Assembly (NCBI GenBank): GCA_004431415.1
Contig: QPMI01000523.1
Span: 69,098 to 133,097 of the forward strand
Direction: 5' to 3'
Origin: Cyanophora paradoxa CCMP329
Lineage: Eukaryota > Plantae > Glaucophyta
DNA: 64,000 nt
Within the stretch, counting starts at the first letter, position 1. Every line of letters starts with the position of its first letter. The position numbers were made by a program, and so were the translations under genes. Below, piece after piece: positions 13,674-22,896 of this stretch. Below the pieces are notes generated by a model. That model made no database searches, was not told the origin of the DNA, and saw only the letters and a program-made list of their open reading frames with translations.

Positions 13674-13678
13674 GTACG
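13673..13678. repeat. Left target-site duplication AGTACG
   Basis: Identical hexamer at 41301-41306 directly outside the right TIR. Confidence 0.95.
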
Positions 13679-13751
13679 ACACATATGAATATTCATATTT
13701 TAATCCCTCGGCGTTCCGCCTCAGGATTAAAATATGAATATTCATATGTGT
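13679..13751. repeat. Left terminal palindrome/hairpin (28-bp perfect stem, 17-nt loop)
   Basis: ACACATATGAATATTCATATTTTAATCC-ctcggcgttccgcctca-GGATTAAAATATGAATATTCATATGTGT. Confidence 0.95.
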
Positions 13752-14470
13752 GATTCGATGTTATATCAATAAAATCGATTAATTTATTTGAATTTTCACA
13801 TGAATTTTCATATTTTTATATGCAATTTCAATTAATTTAATCGATATTATATCGATAAACTCGATTAATCGATATTGTATCTTAATTGTAGTTAATCGGA
13901 ATTATATCAATAACTTCGATTGATCTTAATTGAATTCTAAATGAATCTAATCGGAATTATATCAATAAATTCGATTAAATCATGTTCTTTTCCGATTAAA
14001 TCAATTAAATATTTAACTTTGTTACCATAAGTGGTCTAAGTTGACTCACTTTTCATAAACATTTTGAACTCTTAGTCTCCTTGAATTTCTTAAGATGACT
14101 CAACTTAGTCAACTTAGTCAACTTTGTTACCATAATCAATCAGGGTGGACTCACTTTTAGATCAACTTTGAAATTTCAAGCAAAATCAACTTTGATTTCA
14201 AAAGTGGATCTTCTAAGTGGACTCAAAATGTTCACTTTGTGATACATGTTAGCTCAAATCCTTACTGTTTATGGTCAGGGTTGACTAAGTGGGGGGAGTT
14301 GACACATTTTGTGAAATCCTTTTTAGAAAACTTTTGGTCCCAAATATTTCCTGTGAAATTTGAGTCAACTCAACCCACTTAGTCAACCCTTGCATTGAAT
14401 TCGTAACAAAATCCATATACTTTTACTACTTTTACGATTAATATGAGTCAACCTTGAGTCCACTTAAATA
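13679..14470 (+). repeat. Left terminal inverted repeat (792 bp; degenerate extension to ~14503)
   Basis: Reverse complement of 40509-41300, same length. I saw only about four substitutions, all in the inner part. Confidence 0.95.
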
Positions 14471-14735
14471 ATAGGGTAATAGGGGGAATCTAGGGCAGAT
14501 GCTGAGTGTTATTGTAAGGAAATCGAATAGTATTCGAAATACTTGACATTGCTTAATGTAGGGTGCATTCATATTTCGGCTACATCATACAGTAGAATTC
14601 TATTGTAACAAAAGCTACTGTAGAAAGAAAATCATTGTAGAAAGCTATTGTAGGAAAGGATATATTATATCCTTTTTTAACGATTGCCATTGTAATAAAA
14701 AAGGTAAATTACCCTGTTTATCATTATAGAAACCA

Positions 14736-15134
14736 TCAAAACGGGAATCTATCATGTTTATGTCTCTCAGTCTTCTCAAATGTTAAGAAATTCATTGTTT
14801 TATCGATCTCATCTGCAACTGCTTGTGTTTTATGCTGAGCTTCTTTACCACAACTGAATATATCAATTGCTAACATGCCTTCATTGGAATAACAATGAGC
14901 TGTGCAATGGCTTTCATCTAATAGCAGAACCAATGCAAAACCAGGAGGTGATAGTTTGCCATCAAATATCTCACAATGCTTATGAACAATCCTAATACCT
15001 TGTCTCAATACTGCTTGTTCAAGGGTTCCCATAATCCAATTACCTAGGAAGCTAACATGCTCATAACCTGTTGCTATAGCTGATTTAGCCTTGTAATCAA
15101 GCATAACATGAAAGCCTCTGTATTTAGTCTCCAT
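14736..15134 (-). CDS. speD: Pyruvoyl-dependent S-adenosylmethionine decarboxylase family protein (short prokaryotic SpeD/SpeH type)
   Basis: GFHVMLD; PPGFALVLLLDESHCTAHCY with the E-S autocleavage site; AIDIFSCG; 132 aa. Confidence 0.85.
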   Translation of the reverse strand: METKYRGFHVMLDYKAKSAIATGYEHVSFLGNWIMGTLEQAVLRQGIRIVHKHCEIFDGKLSPPGFALVLLLDESHCTAHCYSNEGMLAIDIFSCGKEAQHKTQAVADEIDKTMNFLTFEKTERHKHDRFPF

Positions 15135-15157
15135 TAAGAATACCTTAGAAAAATTAA

Positions 15158-15430
15158 CTAGTCAAACCTAATGCAAATATCCCTATACTCTACTCTGATT
15201 GATGAAGTAGCTCTTTTCCTGTGTGCTTGACTCTTTCTTTTGTTACAGTCCCTGCAACCTGATCCCTTCACATGATTAAAGGGATAGGTAAGGATCACCT
15301 TATTACACTGCAAACATCTCACAGATACTTTCTCTTGAGCTTTGATGTAATGTGTCTCACTGTAATCGAATTTATCTTTACCATGAACTGTCATAGCAGC
15401 ATCAATAAACTTTTTTGTTTTACTATCCAT
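15158..15430 (-). CDS. Small zinc-ribbon protein (single DUF723-like repeat)
   Basis: HGKDKFDYS..Y...KVSVRCLQC...NHVKGSGCRDC; same repeat unit as the nuclease at 27943. Confidence 0.7.
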   Translation of the reverse strand: MDSKTKKFIDAAMTVHGKDKFDYSETHYIKAQEKVSVRCLQCNKVILTYPFNHVKGSGCRDCNKRKSQAHRKRATSSIRVEYRDICIRFD

Positions 15431-15452
15431 ACTCTATATATAACCAATATTC

Positions 15453-16286
15453 TTATGGAGCAGTATCCTGTCCAAAAATGGGGAAATATCGATTTGTGCC
15501 ATAATACTCAGCATAGGTATTCTGCCTTGCAATAAAATCGGTTCTCTCAGCATATAATACACACTTGTAGATACCAAACTTGGTGGCTCTCACCAGAAAC
15601 TGATAGTCTTCCAAACCGAAATTGACTCCATGATAAGCAATACCAAAATTATCATATGGGGTGATCACAACTGCAAAATTAGGAGTTCCACCCTCTACTT
15701 GACATACAGCATATACATCTGGTGGGATATCCACAACTACCTTGTAGTGGTCACCAATTTCAACAAGAGAGTCTACTACTGCTGTTTGTTCATTCACAAC
15801 AATTGGGAATATCTTTATAATGTATGGGGCATTCATGCTGGGGACATAGGTTCGAATTCTTGTGTTGGGATCAATGGGATTGGGTTGATCATTCACAAAT
15901 AGAGGCGCTCCAACAGCCCCACCAACCCTAAGACCATCACCAATATAAGCTCCCCCCGATTTGCAGTTAATAGCTCCCGACCTAGATTCAAAAGAATAAG
16001 TAGACAGAGGATCTCCATAGCTATCTGGGTCTCCATAATGAGCAGAAAAGTTTGCATTTGTGACAAGTAGCTTAGTTGTCTTAACTATTCCATTATTTTT
16101 ATCACATCTGAGTTCTTGTAATCTCAGCTTGTGGGTGGAACCAAAGGTGTTCATTGTAGGTTGGACCTCTGTGGATTGGAGACCTTCCACATCATCAAAG
16201 GTAGCATGTTGCAGAACATGGTTTGCTGGTGCAGCTAATGAAAGCTGAGGTGTAATTATTCGTTCAAGTGGGGGTTGCTCAGCCAT
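15453..16286 (-). CDS. Fibre/spike-like protein, paralogue 1 (head type A)
   Basis: Shared N-terminal block LQELRCDKNNGIVKTTKLLVTNAN...SGGAYIGDG; beta-rich C-terminus ending YKCVLYAERTD. Confidence 0.6.
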   Translation of the reverse strand: MAEQPPLERIITPQLSLAAPANHVLQHATFDDVEGLQSTEVQPTMNTFGSTHKLRLQELRCDKNNGIVKTTKLLVTNANFSAHYGDPDSYGDPLSTYSFESRSGAINCKSGGAYIGDGLRVGGAVGAPLFVNDQPNPIDPNTRIRTYVPSMNAPYIIKIFPIVVNEQTAVVDSLVEIGDHYKVVVDIPPDVYAVCQVEGGTPNFAVVITPYDNFGIAYHGVNFGLEDYQFLVRATKFGIYKCVLYAERTDFIARQNTYAEYYGTNRYFPIFGQDTAP

Positions 16287-16309
16287 TTTACATTAAAGGG
16301 ATATATCTT

Positions 16310-17164
16310 TTATGGGGTTGGGTCATCAATTACATCTGGTTCCATGTAAAATCCTGTTGTGAATATATCAGCAACATGTACACCACGAAGTGCTGATACA
16401 GCTGCTATATCTGTTCTCAGTCCCATAATCATAGTATTGTATACTCCCACCTCAGTGACAAACAGATCATAGGTAAATGTCAAATTGTTATAAACACAAT
16501 ATCCTCTGCCAAAATGGTTCGAAGCTTGAACAAAGAATAAGTAGTTGTGACCTGGTTGATTATTATTGGCTCTACACATGGAAAGCATTGAAGTGGGAAG
16601 AGGAATATTTCTTCTTACTCGATCAGTTCCTGTAATGGAAACTAATTCCGAATTCTCAAGAGTTACAGAGGATGCAACATAGAAATGCAAAAAAGGTTGC
16701 TGTGCAACAGGTGTGTAGAAACGAATTCGTTGGGGATTCTCTACATTTTGTTCAAGAGTATCTGGGACATCATTATACGAAACTGATGAAGAGAGTTGTC
16801 CTGAAACACGACAACCACCACCAATAAATGCTCCTCCTGATCTCACAGTAACAGCAGCAGAATTCTTGTCGAAATCGAGGGCTTTCAGATCAACACTGTA
16901 AGCATCAGGACCTCCATTAGTAGGTTGGAAGAAATTCGCATTTGAGACAAGGAGTCGAGTTGTTTTAACTACACCCGAATTCTTATCTGCTCTCAGTTCT
17001 TTAACTCGAATAATCGAATTCTTATCAAATGAGTTACCATTGGAATTGGGTCTCTCTGTGGATTCTAAACCACGAACCTCATCATTAACTTCATGCTGGC
17101 GAAAGTGCATAGCAGGGGATCCAAGGGAATATATTGGAAGTTGAACTCGATTATATTCACCCAT
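16310..17164 (-). CDS. Fibre/spike-like protein, paralogue 2 (head type A); likely start MGEYN at 17164
   Basis: VKELRADKNSGVVKTTRLLVSNAN...SGGAFIGGG; C-terminus GVYNTMIMGLRTD aligns with paralogue 1. Confidence 0.6.
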   Translation of the reverse strand: MGEYNRVQLPIYSLGSPAMHFRQHEVNDEVRGLESTERPNSNGNSFDKNSIIRVKELRADKNSGVVKTTRLLVSNANFFQPTNGGPDAYSVDLKALDFDKNSAAVTVRSGGAFIGGGCRVSGQLSSSVSYNDVPDTLEQNVENPQRIRFYTPVAQQPFLHFYVASSVTLENSELVSITGTDRVRRNIPLPTSMLSMCRANNNQPGHNYLFFVQASNHFGRGYCVYNNLTFTYDLFVTEVGVYNTMIMGLRTDIAAVSALRGVHVADIFTTGFYMEPDVIDDPTP

Positions 17165-17202
17165 TGCTTCTTTTACTAAGAAGGAAAGAAAAATAATGTA
17201 CA

Positions 17203-17466
17203 CTACTCTTCTGTGACATTGTTATACTCGATGCCTTTCTTTACAGTTCCCCTTTGGAATGCCTGTAAAACAATCGCTTCCTTGGAGGTAGGTATTTGGA
17301 TACCAGCTGAAATGCAAGATTGAATTTCTTTCTGAACAATCTCATCAATTGCAATTCTTGCCCTGTTGTGAACCACATTATCAATCCAATCCTGAACAGA
17401 AGCAGCGCAATATTCCATTCCCAACTTCTCAATATCAGATAGAACTACTTGGTATATATTTGACAT
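17203..17466 (-). CDS. Small helical protein resembling phage fibre-associated (chaperone-like) proteins
   Basis: LSDIEKLGMEY..ASVQDWIDNVVHNRARIAIDEIV...AIVLQAFQRG; lies inside the fibre array. Confidence 0.5.
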   Translation of the reverse strand: MSNIYQVVLSDIEKLGMEYCAASVQDWIDNVVHNRARIAIDEIVQKEIQSCISAGIQIPTSKEAIVLQAFQRGTVKKGIEYNNVTEE

Positions 17467-17487
17467 CTCTACTTAATAGAGAGAAAA

Positions 17488-18507
17488 TTATGTGATACTT
17501 AGAAGTTCACCTGTGAAAAGTGTTCTACTTGAATAACTACCTGTGGAACCTGTGACAAGTGTTACATACTCACCAGCAGGAACATTGATAATTGCACTGA
17601 GAGTAAGAGGTTTGGTTGTGATAGTGGAATTAGCTTCTACTGAAATGTTAACTCCATTGGGTAAAAGATTATTTTTCAGAAAACTAAGACTTATTGCAGC
17701 ACTTGTTGTTGAATTGGTATATGCTGTAAATCTATAATCACCTGCAACAAGAGCTGTAAACCTTCCATTAGTAACATCGAATGACCCTGTATTATTTATC
17801 AAAACGGTTGTCCAATTGATCAGAGCGGCTGCACTTGTAGCAACATGAGTATATCCAAGTTGAACAGAAAATCGTGGCTGAGAAACATATTTTAAATAGC
17901 TTGAATTCAGAGTCAAACGATTGGCTTCCAGAGTTGCAACTACATCACTATTGCGTTTCAGAAGAAGATTTACATTCGCTCCTGTATCTATTTCAGGAGT
18001 GACCACCTTGGTTGATGCTGTTATTATTGATTCTGTGGAATTGGGAATACTAATTCCAGCATTTGCTGTTACCAATCCTGTAAATGTGCTTGTTCCTGTT
18101 ATGCTTACTTGATTGGCTGTAAGGGTTCCATCAATCCTCGCCCCATCTCCAATATAAGCGCCTCCACTTCTTACTACAAGAGCTGAGTTATTGATGGTGT
18201 TGTCAAAGGTAACAATCTTTGGTGTGGTGAACCCTCCCACATCATCATAAATCGCTGAATCTGATAAAATCTGACCTGATTGAACTTGGTTCTTGTTTGA
18301 GACTATTAGACCTGTGGTTCTCACCTTGCCTGCATTTCGATCACATCGAATTTCTTTGCATCTGATCACAGAATGTTGAGAGAATGAATCGGCTCCTGTG
18401 GTCTCTGTGCAAATGAAACCTGGGGTAGCATCTGTTACTGTATGGTTCAGTTGATGCAATTTCGGCGCTGCATAACAGAAAACAGGAACAGCTATTTGTG
18501 TAGACAT
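17488..18507 (-). CDS. Fibre-like protein, paralogue 3, with C-terminal C1q/TNF-like head
   Basis: CKEIRCDRNAGKVRTTGLIVSNKN...SGGAYIGDG; gC1q-like signature PRFSV...NNTGSFDVTNGRFTALVAGDYRF...FTGELL. Confidence 0.7.
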   Translation of the reverse strand: MSTQIAVPVFCYAAPKLHQLNHTVTDATPGFICTETTGADSFSQHSVIRCKEIRCDRNAGKVRTTGLIVSNKNQVQSGQILSDSAIYDDVGGFTTPKIVTFDNTINNSALVVRSGGAYIGDGARIDGTLTANQVSITGTSTFTGLVTANAGISIPNSTESIITASTKVVTPEIDTGANVNLLLKRNSDVVATLEANRLTLNSSYLKYVSQPRFSVQLGYTHVATSAAALINWTTVLINNTGSFDVTNGRFTALVAGDYRFTAYTNSTTSAAISLSFLKNNLLPNGVNISVEANSTITTKPLTLSAIINVPAGEYVTLVTGSTGSYSSRTLFTGELLSIT

Positions 18508-18529
18508 TCTTTATATTATACAAACAATA

Positions 18530-19588
18530 TTATGTAGCACTTACCAGGTAAACCAACAAGATGTGATTGTTTGGAAAGTCAATACTACCTAACATACAGT
18601 AAATTTGAAGACTGTCTCCCATGGTGAGGGTAATAAGAGCTTCGTAGCACATCTGATTCCTGCTTGATTGACTTGCATATGAAAGAATCAGATTTGTATT
18701 GTTTCCGTTTATTCTTAGTCCAATCTGGGAGGCAGTTGCAGTAATGTCTTCCGTAATTGTAAAATAGACCCTATAAACTCCTGAAACAGGGGCTGTAAAT
18801 GTTGCTGGATACAGTTTGTCAAAATGACCCTCATTATTCACAAGATATGTTCCAACTGGAAAAGAAAGTGTTGGGGTGCCGGAACTAACACTTGTTCCAA
18901 AAATCTGAGCGTTTGCTTGTTGTCCTGAAATACACATTCTTGGGCAATAGCTGCGTTTAAGACCACTGTTTGTTGGAAATGTGATTGCTTTCAGATCTGT
19001 TATTGTCTTTTCGAGAGTGAAAATGATATCTCCGTTTCGTTTATAATTCACATTTGCATCTGTCCCATTATCCATCTCAGGTGCATTAACTCTTGTAGTA
19101 GCTATTCGAGTAACATAGTTAACATCTCCTGAGAGACCACCATTAAAGGTCATCAATCCTGTGAATACACTTGTCCCACTCACATTTAATTGGTTTGCTG
19201 TAACAGTTCCTGCTACATTTGCTCCATCTCCAATGTAGGCACCACCACTCTTCACCACAAGAGCAGAAGTATTGCTTGTGTTACCAAAAGTAATTATCTG
19301 TGCTGTGGTGAATCCACCCACATTATCATACACTGCTGAATCGGGGACTACCTGACCTGCTTGAACTTGGTTTTTATTCGAGATTATAATGCCTGTGGTT
19401 CTAATCTTGCCTCCATTTCGATCACATCGAATTTCTTTGACCCTCAGTATACTGTTCTCTGTGAAAGAGGTATTACTTGTAGTTTCAGTGCAAATAAAAC
19501 CGGGTGTGGAGTCGACTACTTCATGAGAGGTGCTGTGGAGTGATTTGGCTGCAAGTTCATAGTTTGGAATCTCTAAAAGGGAGGTCAT
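18530..19588 (-). CDS. Fibre-like protein, paralogue 4, with C1q/TNF-like head; likely start MTSLL at 19588
   Basis: VKEIRCDRNGGKIRTTGIIISNKN...SGGAYIGDG; NNEGHFD...FTAPVSGVYRV...LTMGDSL. Confidence 0.7.
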   Translation of the reverse strand: MTSLLEIPNYELAAKSLHSTSHEVVDSTPGFICTETTSNTSFTENSILRVKEIRCDRNGGKIRTTGIIISNKNQVQAGQVVPDSAVYDNVGGFTTAQIITFGNTSNTSALVVKSGGAYIGDGANVAGTVTANQLNVSGTSVFTGLMTFNGGLSGDVNYVTRIATTRVNAPEMDNGTDANVNYKRNGDIIFTLEKTITDLKAITFPTNSGLKRSYCPRMCISGQQANAQIFGTSVSSGTPTLSFPVGTYLVNNEGHFDKLYPATFTAPVSGVYRVYFTITEDITATASQIGLRINGNNTNLILSYASQSSRNQMCYEALITLTMGDSLQIYCMLGSIDFPNNHILLVYLVSAT

Positions 19589-19607
19589 CTTTATAATTAC
19601 GAAATAG

Positions 19608-22600
19608 TTAAATTGCGACAGCAATGTAATGAATTGTAACTGGAAATCCTGGTCTGTCAAAAGAACTTAATGGAACTATGTCAAGCTCACAAGTGAAATA
19701 GCTACTGTAAACTTGTTTAAGCCTAACATACATTCGATAGTAGTAGGCTGTCTCATTGTGTTGTATACCAGTTGTTACAATAGGAGGGTTAGCAAAGCTG
19801 CTGTTGAAATTAATAGTGAGGTTAAACCTATGGTCAGGATTTGCCCAAAGATAAGGAGTAGTGTAAACATACGTTCCTGCTTGGATTTTCCCATTAAAAT
19901 ATGCATTGAGTTGACTGGAAAGATCTGCCTCTGTAATACATCGACTGATGGTCGCATTATTTGAGGGTTCATAGCATAGAAATTTCTTGCATAGGCATTT
20001 CCACGAACAAGTAAGGTTTTATCAAAGTAATTCTGCGAATTGTGGAAGAACCATGTTTCTTCAAACATAGGTCCTGCTGGTTCTACAATCTGACCTGATC
20101 CTACATACATTGTGTTGTTGGCTCTGATTGTGGTGGCTGTGAAAGGATCAAGAGTTGGTCTATTGGTCAAATCATTGTAGTTTCCTGAGAAAATTGCAGG
20201 TTTGTTATAGATATCTGTATTCCAATCATGAGTGTGTGCAAAATCTGTAATCTCTGCCTTTGTGTGGGTGTGACCAACATATGCAACATTTCCAAGATCT
20301 GTAATCTCTGCCTTGGTATGGGTGTGACCCACATATGCAACATTTCCGAGATCTAAGATCTCAGATTTAACATGAGTGTGAGCGAAATTTGTGATATCTG
20401 CTCTTGTGTGGAAGTGTGCAAAATCTGTAATTTGTGATTTGGTGTGAGTGTGTGCAAAATCTGTGATTTCTGCCTTTGTGTGGGTGTGTGATCTATTATT
20501 TAGATCAAGGAAACTACCCGAAAATGCAACAGGATGCAGATTTGCAGCAGTGGGTTTATTTATGAGATCATTATAATCTCCTGTGAAAGAGATGGTCTTT
20601 AGTTCACCCCTTCCTACATAATCAGAAGGGAGATCAATCTTAATGGGCATAATAGCTGGATCATCAGGTATCTCATACTCACCTCCTGGATGAACCACAG
20701 GAAAGGTTTGATTGCTTTCAGTATGGACAAAGAAGTTACATGCTGTTACTGTTCCATCAATAGTCCCACCTGTGAGAGGGAGGTAATTGCCTGTAACACC
20801 AATACCTATACCTGCAATGATTGTATTTAGTTCTGTTTCATCTATGTAGTTCTGAGCTTGAAGGTAATCCTCTGTGACTACTCTCGAAATGCTCTCATTG
20901 TGTATGTTTTTTGCAGCCATTCTTTGATTGGCTTCCAGAACCCAACCATAATCTGTTTTAATCCATGCAAGCTCTGCCCTTCCATAATTATCATTTGCAG
21001 TTCCCACTATGGGAATGTAGGAATACTTATCTCGACTGAAAACTATCATTGGTCTTGAGCCATCTAAGCTGCTTACATCTGCTACATGAACCTGTATAGC
21101 AGAGTTGTAATTTTGGTAGGTTGCTGGGTCTGTTGGGACTCTGAATGTATCTGTGGGAATGTCAGCCTCCATGTAGCTTGACACAAAGATATTTGGTATG
21201 GTTGCTCCTGGTGGTGGTGGGGTTTCAAAAGAGCCTGGTAATGTCCTAATATGAAGTGGTCCTCTCATAGCTGAATTTGCAAGTGTCCCTTCCACATGAA
21301 CATAGTGGTGATTCAAAAAGATCCTTTCAGGGACATTGCAAGTCTGGTAAAGAGAAACTCCCAGAGTAGCAAGAGGCTCTACTTTTGCGAATTCTGGTTG
21401 GTCATTGATCTCATCCCAAGTATGTTCATGTTTGCTTGGTGGGAACTCAGTTGGAATCCCATCAATTTCTCCCCAATCATGCCTGTGATCCTCTGGTGGA
21501 TACTTTTGAGGTTTGCCTAAGATCTCATCCCAATCATGATTGTGATCCTCTGGGGGATACTTTGCAGGTTTATTATTAATTTGTTCATAATCAGGAAAGA
21601 ACTCCCAGATCTCAGGTCGAAATCCATCTGGTAATAGTTCCTCATGGGGTTCATAAGGTTGCTCATAGTCAACAGCTGGTGGATCAAGACCATCTGGCAA
21701 ATACTCCTCATCAGGTTCATAGTTCTGCTCATACTCAAACTCTTGTGGATCTAAGCCATCTGGTAGTATCTCCTCCTCATTGGGGTCAAATTGATCATAT
21801 TCATATTCTTGTGGGTCAAAACCATCTGGTAAATACTCTTCCTCATCTGGGACGAATTGATATTCATCAAGCTCTAATATATCGACTTCAGGAGGTAAAT
21901 ACTGCTCATCTATTTGCTTTCTTGGTTCAATTATAGGTTTATTGCGAACTTGCTCCCAACTCACAATATGCTGCCCAAAAGCAACTGTCTCATCTGCTGT
22001 GTACTCTCTGCCTGGTTGCTTTTTCGGTGTTAAATCCGGTGGATCCATGGAAGAGGGAAGGGAACTGGGACAGGTCCATAATACTCAAAGATCTCTCTTA
22101 TGGTCTTCTCACTTACAAGCTTCTCACCATTTGCATACACATTACTGCCATGGATATTTCGCCATTGCCTGGTTCGAATTCCAAGGTCTTTCACATTGCT
22201 ATACAAAGGCAAAAGGTGCCTATCCATTTCAACAAGATCAGGATGTAAATGGATTGCTACTGGCTGACTGGGCTACTGTTGATTGTAATTGATGGCTTTT
22301 TTTGATGGACATCTTTTGGAGTAAAGAACCCAAAAGGCTCATTCCTTGCAAAGTCATATGTAATATCCTTGGGGTAGACATCATTTGTGTAGGAGACCTG
22401 ATTTGTATTGGCAATGGGACCCACTTGCAATACTTGGGGGACCTCAGCTTTTGCAGTGCTGCCCTCATTGTAAATTCGCAAAGCTGTGTTCTGTTTGCCC
22501 TGCTCATCTTGAACATTGAAAACCAAACGACCACTATCAAACCTGGAAGGTATATCTGGATGAGTGCCACTGGTTTTTAGTTTCCTAGGTCTCCTTCTTG

Positions 22601-22853
22601 TTGCTTTGATCTCTGCCACTTGGTTTGCTTTCACATTACCCAAACTAAAGGCTACACTGACATCCTCTTTATCTGGATCGGTTTGATTCACAGATAAAGC
22701 ATGCTCCCTTGATTGAGTCTTTGATGAATTATCAGAGCTGTGGTCAATTGAAACTGAACCCTTTACTTTAATATTATCAAAGTTCACATGCTTGGTGCTG
22801 CTTGCATTATCATCTTGAATGGTTTCTAGATTTGGTGGGTAATTGAAGCTCAT
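19608..22853 (-). CDS. Long fibre protein (~1080 aa once frameshifts are repaired) with phage-tail His repeats and an H-type-lectin-like C-terminus
   Basis: Joins ORFs 22257-22853, 22030-22227, 19775-22048 and an unlisted frame ending at 19608. Motifs: LLP..KDLG..WRNI, KPxKYPPEDHxHDW, HTHTKAEITDFA repeats, YLPLTGGT, SGNYNDLTNRP, C-terminal INFNSSFANPPIV...HYIAVAI*. Confidence 0.7.
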
Positions 22854-22896
22854 GGCTTTTACTATATGGATTTATAAAATTCCTGATAAGTAAAAG

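Noticed and set aside
14030-14470. CRISPR-like appearance of recurring GTTGACT motifs
   Set aside because: Motifs are short, irregularly spaced and in both orientations; there are no unique spacers or cas genes, and the context is eukaryotic.
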